64,000 nucleotides of DNA from Eledone cirrhosa (lineage: Eukaryota): positions 217,124,001 to 217,188,000 of the forward strand of contig OZ024740.1 of the NCBI GenBank assembly GCA_964016885.1. The letters are read 5' to 3'. The notes under the pieces were generated by a model, which was not told the DNA's origin, did no database searches, and saw nothing but the letters and a program-made list of their open reading frames with translations. Positions 53,917 to 64,000 of this stretch are shown piece after piece (the stretch's first letter is position 1; each line of letters begins with the position of its first letter). A program made the translations under genes and the position numbers.

Positions 53917-55338
53917 ATATATATATATATTTCTTACCATTAATTTAGTCATGGTTACCTTATTAGTTGGACATTGATGTATAGTTTGGTGAACAAAAAT
54001 ATTTTCAATATGTATCAGCTTAAAAATTGAATAGATGTCTGTCAACAAGCTGGAGATAATATCTAAAAGATTTAATTATAAATGACTCAGTTACTATAAA
54101 CTACATTTAAAATTAGAGTTAAAATAAATTGTTAATGCATTAGCAATGTTTTGTTTCAATACTATACTGTACTATAGAATGTATCTATAGAGTTTTTATA
54201 ACAGGTTATGTATAAACAGATGTGAATATTATGTCTGTATATAAAATATCTTGATGGTCAGAAAATGTGAGATCAACTGGACTAGTTTCAGTCCTGTGTT
54301 TCATCACTGATTGAGAACTCTCTTCTTTCAGTCCTGTGTTTCATCACTGAATGAGAACTCTCTTCTTATGTTGAAATACCAACACAGGTATGAAATTAAT
54401 CTTCCCCTTTTCCTGTTCACAATATTTTATATAGAGAGCAGTGTTTACACTTGTCTGTACATATGTTGGCTACAAATCCAGAGATATATTTTATAGAGTT
54501 AAAATAATTTAGCACCTACCATTTTTCTTTAAAACTTTATTTCTGCATTATTTCTTAATATCCATGTGTGTCTTTCTCACTAATTATCATCAGGTGGATT
54601 AGTTACATATCTAGGTAATGAGAGAGAAAGACTGAAAGTTTCATGGTGAAATCTTAGTTTGTTTTAGAAATTGGAAAATATCTGGAAATGTATTTATTTT
54701 TCGTTTATTTCATGGGGTCAAAATTCTTTGTGACTTGAATACTGAGACAATTCCACTGCAACTGAGGTGCAGGGAATTGTCTCAGTAACAATGTTGCAGG
54801 GGGTCTAAACAAATATCTGGCACCATGTAATAAATGGTAAGTAATTATAACATTTTTTGTGTGATTTTTGAATGATTAAAATGAAGTTTTAACACAGTCT
54901 CAGATCAAATAATTTAACAAACAATTACAACTCTGAAATATCTGTAGATGTCTAAGCTTTCAATTGAATTTGTATCAGATTTCGTGTTTGGAAGCCAATA
55001 TGAGTGAGAGAGAAAGAGAAAAACATAGAGAAATTCCAACCATTTTTAGCATAAGCCATTGATGCTTTCTAATAATATAGAAACAGTTGTGGAGTCTATT
55101 TTGTGTTCATTTTATTTTTCAAATTTATTTTTTCTCAATGTGATCACTTTCTCACAGAATATAAAATCAATTGGCTTGATTATCTTAAAAGCATGACCAG
55201 TGAAAAACTTCTCTGCAGGCTGAAGACTTTTTCATAGGCTTGGCTACCATATCCCTCCACCTCTCTATAAACATTTTCTGCCCTGCTGCTAACGCCATCT
55301 GCTGTCTTCTTTCCCGTTTTTCTTCTCTTGCTGCACAG

Positions 55339-55496
55339 AATGCTATTCGCACCAATTTGTCCCTGCATAAATGTTTTGTAAGATATGAGGATGATTTTGG
55401 ATCGTTTTGGATGGTGGATGACTTTGAGTTCGTTAGGCGCCGCCATCTGACTCGAGGACGACCCCGAAAATATCACGAAAGTGAGACTGCTGCACA
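55339..55496 (+). CDS. FoxP: FoxP forkhead C-terminal exon, variant B ([47 protein letters not shown]...), mutually exclusive with variant A
   Basis: Branch point GCTAAC (~55288-55293), long pyrimidine tract, cacag|AAT phase 0. Candidate donors A|GTGAGA (after 55480) and CA|GTAAGC (after 55496); read-through stop TAA at 55498-55500. Peptide matches the insect FoxP isoform B / FOXP1 exon 18b type. Confidence 0.93.
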
Positions 55497-56454
55497 GTAA
55501 GCACTAACTGGTTCTTTTCTCTCCTCACAAACCAATTAATTCTCTACCATGTTTTTCCCCCACCAACATTTGCTGCCCCTGCTCTCTTTCATCACTTAAC
55601 AATGATGGCCTACCTAAAACTCTGATATCATAGTCTGATTACTTTTTTCTTTCCCATTTAGTCTCTTATTTCGTCTCACTCTCTCTGTTCCTATTTTGTA
55701 ACTGAACTTCAGTACCTTGTTGATATTTTTTCTATTTTACACCCCATCTTCAATACCTTGTTGATTGTCTTTCTATTTTAAAACTCATCTTCACTACCTT
55801 ATTAATCTTCTCTATCATTATTTTACAACTGAACTTCATTAATTTGCTGATCCTTCACGCTGTCTATTTTCTCCATACCCACACCTCTCTGCCTTCTAAA
55901 GGGTTCCTCTTCTCAAGAATTACTGATCCTTGAATCAAGATGACCAGTTATTTTAACAAATTGTTTTAGCAAGGAATTTGATAATTTTCATCATCTTCGT
56001 AGTATATTATTTAGTATATAGATATATTTCTTTTAGCAAGTGTCAAAAAACCCTCAGGAGATCTGAAAAGCGGAAGGTCTTTTCTTCTCTGAAGACCTTC
56101 TGCTGTCCAGCTCTTCCGAGAGTTTAACATTTACTAAAAAATAATGTGCAATAAATATAGATTCATAAATCAAAGTAATGGAGTTGATAAATTAACTAAA
56201 AATTATGGGACAGGCAGCAATTCATATTTTGTCTTCTCCTTCATAACAAGGAATTAAATAAAGATTTTGATGTAATGATTCCCACTCATTATAAATGGAC
56301 CAATTGCAGTGGTTCTAAGTAGATTTGTCAATAAGAAGCAGCGACCACTAGATTGATGCTGGAAAAAAAACAAAATGTCAACCTCACATACAAGCATTAC
56401 ACACACTGAGATATAATTACATACACACACTTTTTACTTGCATAACTAATTATT

Positions 56455-56745
56455 AATTTATTAACTATAGTATAGTTCTTATTAGCTATGATATTGTTCC
56501 AGTTATTAACTATAGTATAGTTCTTATTAGCTATGGTATTGTTCCACTTATTAGCTATAGTATAGTTCTTATGAGCTATGATATTGTTCTACTTATTAGC
56601 TATGGTATTGTTCTACTTATTAGCTATAGTATAGTTCTTATTAACTTATGGTATTGTTCTACTTATTAGCTGTAGTATAGTTCTTATTAACTATGGTATT
56701 GTTCTACTTTTAACTATAGTATAGTTCTTATTTGCTATATAATAT
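56455..56745. repeat. AT-rich composite minisatellite
   Basis: Alternating TTATTAACTATAGTATAGTTC and TTATTAGCTATGGTATTGTTCTAC units. Confidence 0.8.
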
Positions 56746-56782
56746 TGTTAATCTTAAGTCTAGTCCTTATTATTAACTAAAG

Positions 56783-56972
56783 GGCGGTGAATTGGCAGTA
56801 TTGGTAGAGGGTTGGACGCCATGCTTTCTAGGATAGTTACGTCCCTTTACAGTCTGAGTTCAAATCCCGCCGAGGTTAACTTTGCCTTTCATCCTTATGG
56901 GGTCGATAAAATAAATTACCAGTAATGTACTGGGTAATTGGTGGCCTTGTGCCTAAAGTAGAAATAATTATT
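56783..56972 (+). mobile_element. SINE family A copy inserted in an AT-rich minisatellite
   Basis: Full consensus match; TTATTAACTA on both sides. Confidence 0.85.
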
Positions 56973-57233
56973 AACTATTGTATAATTCTTAAATAACTTA
57001 TAGTATTATTCATTTTATTTAGTTATAGTATAGTTATTTTCATTAACTATGTTATTGGTATTATTAGAATTTTCCACCCAATGCCAATAGAATTTATTAA
57101 AATTTTCATATAAAATTGGATGGTATCAAATATATATTTTTTATTAGTTACTTTTAGACCTTACAAATTGAAGAATTCTTTTTCTTAATGTTCCTCTTTA
57201 GCATTTATTTTATGCTACAATTTACATTTGCAG

Positions 57234-57312
57234 AGGTAATATCTCCGCCCAGACTGATTTTAGATAGTCACAGTTATAAAAACAGCCAAAACCAAATAAA
57301 AGCCATGGCATG
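57234..57312 (+). CDS. Candidate FoxP cassette exon (phase 1 to 2; VISPPRLILDSHSYKNSQNQIKAMA)
   Basis: Acceptor tttacatttgcag|AG, donor TG|GTAGGT; open only in the phase that matches the 55480 donor of exon B. No protein homology recognised. Confidence 0.4.
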
Positions 57313-57639
57313 GTAGGTAGTGCCTGTTTGGAATATCTATAAATTATGAATGTATTGTGTAGGAACTCTAAACAACAGAATAATTTGCAGCTTTTCAAAT
57401 ATTTATTGTATGTGGCTTACAACATTTAACACCACTCTGCTGCAATCCAGCTGTTTCTTCTACTGTTTCTTCTGCTGCCCCTTCCACTGTAGCCCAGATG
57501 TTCTGGAAGAAGAGGAAGAAGAAGCTGCCAACAACCTGTTCATTAGTGATGATGGATTTATCAGTAACAATACAAACTCTCTTGTCTTTTACTTCTAATC
57601 TTTAAAATACCTATTAAAGGTTTTTCAGTTTAAAAAAAA

Positions 57640-58788
57640 AAATAATAATAATGAAATTATTGTGTAAAGTGCTCAGGTGCACTACAACTCGTCAAAGGTG
57701 TATGTATAGTACATAGAATAATACACAAATGTCAGGGAAGTACATGTGTGTATGTGTTAGCTGTAGTGTTGGCGGATCTCGGGAAGCATGGAGGCCTTAA
57801 AGGATGCAGTGTCTCGACAGCTAACAACTGATGCAGGTAGTTTGTTCCATGCTTCAGCAACTCTGAGCATGAAAAAATGTTTCCGAAAGTCATGGGAACT
57901 GTGCTGCTTTCTTACTTTGTGGGCATGTCCACGTGTGTTAGACACATGGAAATCAAAAAGGTACTCAGGGTTGTTGTTGGCAACATGGTTAACAATTTTG
58001 TGGTTGTTTACCAAGTCAGTTGCCAGGCGTCGGAGCTTCAATGTATCCATGCCCAGGGAAGCAAGGCGCTCAGAGTATGGTAGATGCCTGATGGAGGGTA
58101 TTCGCTTGGTTGCACGTCTCTGAACAGTTTCCAGGCGGTCAATGTTCTGAGCAAGATAGGGGTTCCAGACTGGTGATGCAGATTCTAAGTGTGGTCGCAC
58201 CATAGCCATGTACAGCCTTAAATAGATATCTGGAGAGCGGCTGACAAAGGTCTTGCTGAGTGATGCTAAGACACCCTTGGCCCTCTTGACAATTTTAGAG
58301 ACGTGCTTCGTCCAACGCAAATCGCTGCTGACCGTAATGCCCAGGGCACGTTCAGAAGAAGACTTCTTGATATTAGTGCTGTGGAGGGAGTATGTGGACG
58401 CTGGGTTTTTACTCCCAAAATGCATGGTGGTGCACTTGTCCACAGCTAGCTTGAGTTGCCAGTCTGAGATCCATTGTTGCATTGTGTCCAGGTCAGACTG
58501 CAAGTAATAGTCTTCAGGATCTGTCCTTTTTATCTCAAGGTACAGCTTGATGTCGTCTGCGAACTTTAGTACTGTGGCATTCTTTAAGTTGGCATCTATG
58601 TCATTAATATATGCCACAAACAAAAGGGGGCCAAGAACAGATCCCTGTGGTACACCAGATGACATCTCATATGGTGAGGAATGCTGTCCCAGAACCGTAA
58701 CTACCTCTCTTCGACTGAGAATGAAGGACTTCAACCAGTTAAAAAGATCATCCTTCACACCCATTGCAGAGAGTTTTGCCATAAGCCT
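57640..58788 (-). mobile_element. 5'-truncated CR1-type LINE (RT frame 58782-57757, 3' UTR, (ATT)n tail)
   Basis: SGVPQGSVLGPLLF, KFADDIK, RPHLE.ASPVWNP, LETVQRRATK and WNKLP motifs. 3' end copies also at ~52775-53070 (-) and ~23420-23520 (+). Confidence 0.92.
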
Positions 58789-59203
58789 ACTTTCGTTCTG
58801 TCAGCTTCTATTCTAATTATGTCCTCCTTTGAAGTATAATTACTTCAGTATAATTAGTTCCACCCTGACAGCTTAGTAGCAATAGTAGTAATAACAACTA
58901 TGAAGCAAATGACTAACGTCGTTATATATTATTGTTATCAGGAACACACAAAGAAAATATCATTTTTAGTTATTTATTCGGTTATATATTAGATTTCACA
59001 TCAAATTTCTATCAAGTCTAACATTGTGTTGTCTTCATATATTGCTAAATGGAATTGTCAAAGAATCCACATGCAAAGAAGAAATCTATTCAAGCTCCAT
59101 TTTAATTAAATCACCCCTCAATATTCCGTTTTCTTTATTTATTTTTATCCTCTTCTTCTTGTTCACATTGCAGACACACAGACACATATAAACACACATG
59201 CAT

Positions 59204-59264
<61 letters not shown>

Positions 59265-59704
59265 ATATATATATTTACATACATACATACATACACACAC
59301 ACATATTGCATCTTGTTCATGGGAACAAGGCTTAGAGTTACAATATAAGGTACTCAATAAGTCAGAGTGTGTGATATTGTTTATTTGTATACTTCTTTTA
59401 TAGAATTAATTCTCTAAAACTCCTATATGCATAAAGAAATATATATATATATATATATCTATCCATGGAGTAAAGTTATTGTAGGTTTACCCAGGTGAGC
59501 ACCACTCCATGTTTAGCTTCAGTGGCAAGGTGTAGAGCTAAACAGAGTGTAATATAGTAACATCTCTGCTGTTGTACATTACAACAGCAGAGGTCCGACG
59601 AGCTTTTCATTTCAGAGTTGGGCCTGATTGATACAGATCGAACCTTGAGCTGATCAATAGCGAAATCAATAAATGTAATGAAGGCTTAACAAATCCTTCT
59701 TGTA

Positions 59705-59741
<37 letters not shown>

Positions 59742-61109
59742 TATATACATGTATGTATATGTATGTGTGTGTATAATCATATAAGTATTTCTGTGTAAGC
59801 TGTCTACATGTTTGTTAACATAAGGTTTAGGCTTACATCTTACTATTTACAATGCTATCCACCTAAGTGATATGATATACTTACTCTCACACCTTCCCCC
59901 ATTCACATGTTGTCTGTATATTAAAACTAAAGCTCAGAGTTGTTTTTACTTCAATCTTCTTTCAGGATTCTTTACTACATAGGAATTATTTCTGCTCATC
60001 TTGAATAGGGAACTAATAATATCTACCCTTCATAATTCTTCCTTGTTTTTTGTTTTACATATAACTTTCTCCCTTAATTTCTCTTGCTTTGTCTTCTTTC
60101 ATAAATATCCTCCAAATGTCCTGAATTAACAATTCATCCATTCTGAACCTTTTCTAAACTCCCTAAAAGTACAGTCTTGTTCTTATTTTCTCATAGAGTT
60201 TTTCATCCACTGTCCTGAATTCTTTAATCTTCTTAGCTTACAAAACCAACATCATGATTGTATGTGTGTCATATTAAATTCTGAGAGAGAATTCAATATC
60301 TGCCAAGAATTTTTTTTATATATTTATAAATAAAAAAAATGTTGTCTGAGTGACATGCTTTCATTTAATTATTTCTTGACTTTTGCATTACTTTTGATGC
60401 TTGTCTTTCTTACTCCCTCTTTTTCATCTTTCTATATCTCTTTAACTCCTTTATTCTTAACTAATTTTTAATATTTACGGTGACATTGTTTAATTATTCT
60501 ACACAAACATGTATTGATTCTACAGTTAATCTTGTCAATATCTTCTGTGTAATAGACAGATATTATAAAAGTGAGAAAATCACACTTGTTTTTATTAAAT
60601 CACCTTGAAGCACATATTGTGTTATATGATGTTTTAAAATGTTTCCATAAATTAACATATCAAAAGAATTCAGTCGAAAATACATTCACTTAATTTCATC
60701 TTTACTATGATTAATTATGAATATTCAAAAACAAATTTTCTGCCAAAAGGTTCTGTGTGTGTGTGTGTTAGTTTAAATGGATTTTTTTTTGTTACCATAT
60801 TTTTGGTGTAAAAACTCACATTTTTTACTCAAATTCGATATCAAATCTGTTTGCATTCTATACACACAAAAAGTATGAATATATCGATGATGATAATAAT
60901 AATAACAATAGTAATAAAAATAATAATATATGTATAATTTATACAAACCATATTTAATTATAGTTGCATATTTAAACAGATGTTCTAAGTTTAGATTATT
61001 TTAATACCAATATTTTTCTTTAAACAAGTTTGTTAACTATTTAAAGACAAAAGCTGATAAAATTAGACATTGCACATAACTACATAGTTTTCAATCTAGT
61101 CCTTGTACT

Positions 61110-61400
61110 AGCTGACCAGGCTTCCCTTCTCAGCTCAAGCTGGTGGGGCTGGACTGAGGGGACAGCAAAAGGCCAGATGACATGAACATTTTCCCGTTCC
61201 GTGGTGGTAAACGCTTCATCTGGGATGCCACATGCAGCAACACATTCTCCAGCAGCAACCTGGTGCAGTCTGCGACTAGCCACCATCGGCACAGAGTTGG
61301 CTTCCTACAGATGAAAGCCTCATGAACTGGAATGGATCTTCCAGCATGTCTCTCTCACTATCCTCTGGGGAAATGCCTTCTCTATTCTGTCCGCCATGGC
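61110..61400 (+). mobile_element. CRE-like RLE retrotransposon fragment (same family as 26640)
   Basis: GLD*GDSKRPDDMNIFPFRGGKRFIWDATCSNTF (RPD...D catalytic motif) and EWIFQHVSLTILWGNAFSILSA. Confidence 0.7.
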
Positions 61401-62159
61401 CTTGGGGTGGCCAGCACATGGGCCTCCATTTGCTCATAATAGTGAGATATAGAGAGAGCGAGAGAGACGGAGGCAGTGACAGTAGGAGTTTGGTTCTCTT
61501 GTGTTAAGAATTGGTGTATATATGTGTATATAAGAGAGAATGAGTATTTGATAGAAACTATAATTCAGTAAGACAATACAGCATGTATTCTCTAAGTTTC
61601 ATCAGAGTAAAATAATTTCTTCTTTGAACCTTAGCAAATACAAGCTTAATGTGAAAACTATATTTATTGCATATAACTTATAGTAACTTTAATTATATGA
61701 GATATACCGTATACACTTGAATATAAGATAACCACTCCCCCACTATTTTATCTCTGAGAAATGGGCAAAAATCCAAACCCCATTTGTAAGTCAAGGTGGC
61801 TAATCAACATATTGTTTAGATGAAGTATATAAGCCAGACCTCACCTGATTTTGGCCATATATTCCTCAGCTTATATTCATGTAGATGATGTAAAGTTTTC
61901 AGAGAATAGAATTAGCCTGCTGACTGTTGTTCTAGAATCAAGATTTCTGATATTGTTAAATTAAATATATAACATCTAATTTTTTAAAAATTCAAAAATG
62001 TTAATATCACAGTTCATAGCAATGTGGTACTAAGTTACTCTATATCACTTGTTAATCCACCCCTAATAAATGTTGGGGCAGACTAACATCTTATTCACAG
62101 GGAATCTTATACATTGAAGTACTTCATACCACATGAAGCTGTGATAAGTATTGGCCTGT

Positions 62160-62460
62160 TCATCATCATCATCGTCAGGTTTAATGTCTTCTTTATTTGT
62201 CACAAGCATTGAATGTTTTGATAGTCTCTTTCAAAGCATCTATCAAGAGTGTTTGTTCCAAGGATAGGTTTTGGTCCAGATTCCAGGCCTTCAGGTCATC
62301 CTTGGTTAACTCTTCCCAGGTCTTACGGGAGTGTTCTCCTTCCTCATCTATCAGGAGCCACAATCTTTGTACATTGATGTATCCACCCACCACTATGGTT
62401 TACATGTCTAAACCAACGCAGTCTGCGTGATCTTAATGCAGAGTTGGGTGCTGGTATCTT
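62160..62460 (-). mobile_element. Degenerate RTE LINE 3' fragment
   Basis: RSRRLRWFRHV and RKTWEELTKDDLK motifs plus (GAT)n tail. Confidence 0.7.
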
Positions 62461-62971
62461 TAATTTTAGTTCTACCTCTAGAATCAAGAAAGGGTTTAAC
62501 TTTGAAATAAATGTGGAAATATTATCAAGATGTTTTTTTCCAGGCAAGTTTTTGATTAGAGAAATATAAAAACAAAATTGTAATTTTGTTGGAATTATTT
62601 CTTCTAAGTCTCTTGTAGTAAATGAAACAGGTTGTGGCACTATAACTAGCTCAATGTTGTCCATTGGACCTTTGTTTAGACAATGATTGTTCCAGTTGGA
62701 GCACTTGTTGGTGAAATTAATATGGCTGAGCCTTCCACACATGTTTAATTTTAATGTAGTTCTCAGGGAGATTCAGCAGGACACAGTGTATGACAAAGCT
62801 GGCTCTTTGAATTACAGGTGCAAGTGGACTGAAACAATGTGAAGTGAAGTATCTTGCTCTAGAATACAACACATCACTGGGAATCAAACTTTACCCTAAC
62901 TATTATAAACTTAATGTCCAAACCATTAAGCCACACACCCTTTATTACTAGCTCTAATAGCCTGCTAATAT

Positions 62972-63160
62972 AATTGTTTCTACTTTTGGCACAATGCCAG
63001 CAATTACCCAGTGTATTACTGGTACTTTATTTTATCGACCTCGTAAGGATGAAAGGCAAAGTTAACCTCGGCGGGATTTGAACTCAGTCCGTAAAGAGAC
63101 GTAACTGTGCTGCAAAGCATGGCGTCCGACCCTCCACTGATACTGCCAACCCACCGCCCT
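62972..63160 (-). mobile_element. SINE family A copy with TSD CCTGCTAATATAAT
   Basis: Reverse complement consensus; direct repeat at 62961-62974 and 63158-63171. Confidence 0.85.
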
Positions 63161-63578
63161 GCTAATATAATGATACATAGCCTGCTAATATAATGATACA
63201 TTGTTCAGTGTGTTGCTACAGAGTAAATTATTTTGAAATTACATTTTATAAATTCAAAAACTTAGATGTGTTAAACTGTCCGAAAAATTGATAACTTGGT
63301 ACAAATGTCTGGGAAAAATTAAAAATAAATGAATATAGTAGCGAAATAATTAATTAAATTATGAATATTAGATATAAAGTTAGGTCATAATGGGATAATT
63401 TCTTTCTTCTACATGTGAATGAGTGTGTGGGTGTTGGATGACAGTGAAAATATAGGCTGGCAGAATATTAATGTAACACTAAAAAAAAACACATTCAGAT
63501 TGAAATGCCTTCTTGAAAAGCTTCAATTGAAATCTTTAATATCAAAATATTTCATATAAAAAAAATCTAACAAGTGTG

Positions 63579-63652
<74 letters not shown>

Positions 63653-63654
63653 TG

Positions 63655-63700
<46 letters not shown>

Positions 63701-64000
63701 CTAATATTTTAAATTAACAACTATATGTACATTGACATCTTCTAATGTTTCAACACTACACAGGTAGGTATGAGTCAAACCTTTTTTTACATGTAAATTT
63801 AAAGAATTAAAATATATATGTCAATCTGCTGACCACCCAGTGAGTTATGTAAGAAATATTCCACATTGAAAAATATTTTAGTGTTTGGGTTCAGTTTAAA
63901 ATGTGCCATATCTTTTGATATAAAATGCTTAGTGAAACTCAAAACTTATTAAAAGAAGGAACACATTTCATAAAGTATTTTGAGTATTCTAATTCATGCA

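Noticed and set aside
54286-54366. Short tandem duplication with CTGA/GAAAC words on the minus strand (possible hammerhead)
   Set aside because: Core spacing and stems do not fit; treated as a simple duplication.
55339-55500. Exon B as a separate Fox paralog or pseudogene
   Set aside because: No matching upstream helix 1-2 exons; same acceptor phase and start residue as exon A; intact frame and splice signals.

Overview
AT-rich animal genomic DNA, not prokaryotic. The repeat landscape (long TA/TG microsatellites, tRNA-derived SINEs, RTE LINEs with (GAT)n tails) suggests an octopus or other coleoid cephalopod; this assignment is inference. The window holds the middle of a FoxP forkhead transcription factor gene on the + strand. 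Exons are at 15075-15381, 20161-20237 (alternative acceptor at 20119) and 26069-26170, followed by two tandem, mutually exclusive versions of the exon encoding recognition helix H3 and the wings: exon A at 50276-50397 ([10 protein letters not shown]...) and exon B at 55339-55480/55496 ([10 protein letters not shown]...RGRPRKY). Exon B closely resembles insect FoxP isoform B and vertebrate FOXP1-ES exon 18b. It has two candidate donors, a stop codon overlapping one donor, an upstream YGCY (MBNL-type) cluster and a frame-matched candidate partner exon at 57234-57312. The 24-kb intron inside the forkhead domain carries a 12-kb, 72-bp tandem satellite with no net indel and a ~525-bp near-perfect inverted repeat. 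The introns also contain RTE, CR1-type, Tx1-like, CRE-like and Penelope-like retroelement fragments, a mariner relic, piggyBac-type MITEs, two SINE families, minisatellites and degenerate hammerhead-ribozyme-like motifs. Most long ORFs in the supplied track are repeat artefacts. Upstream FoxP exons (zinc finger, leucine zipper) and the common 3' exons were not found in the window.
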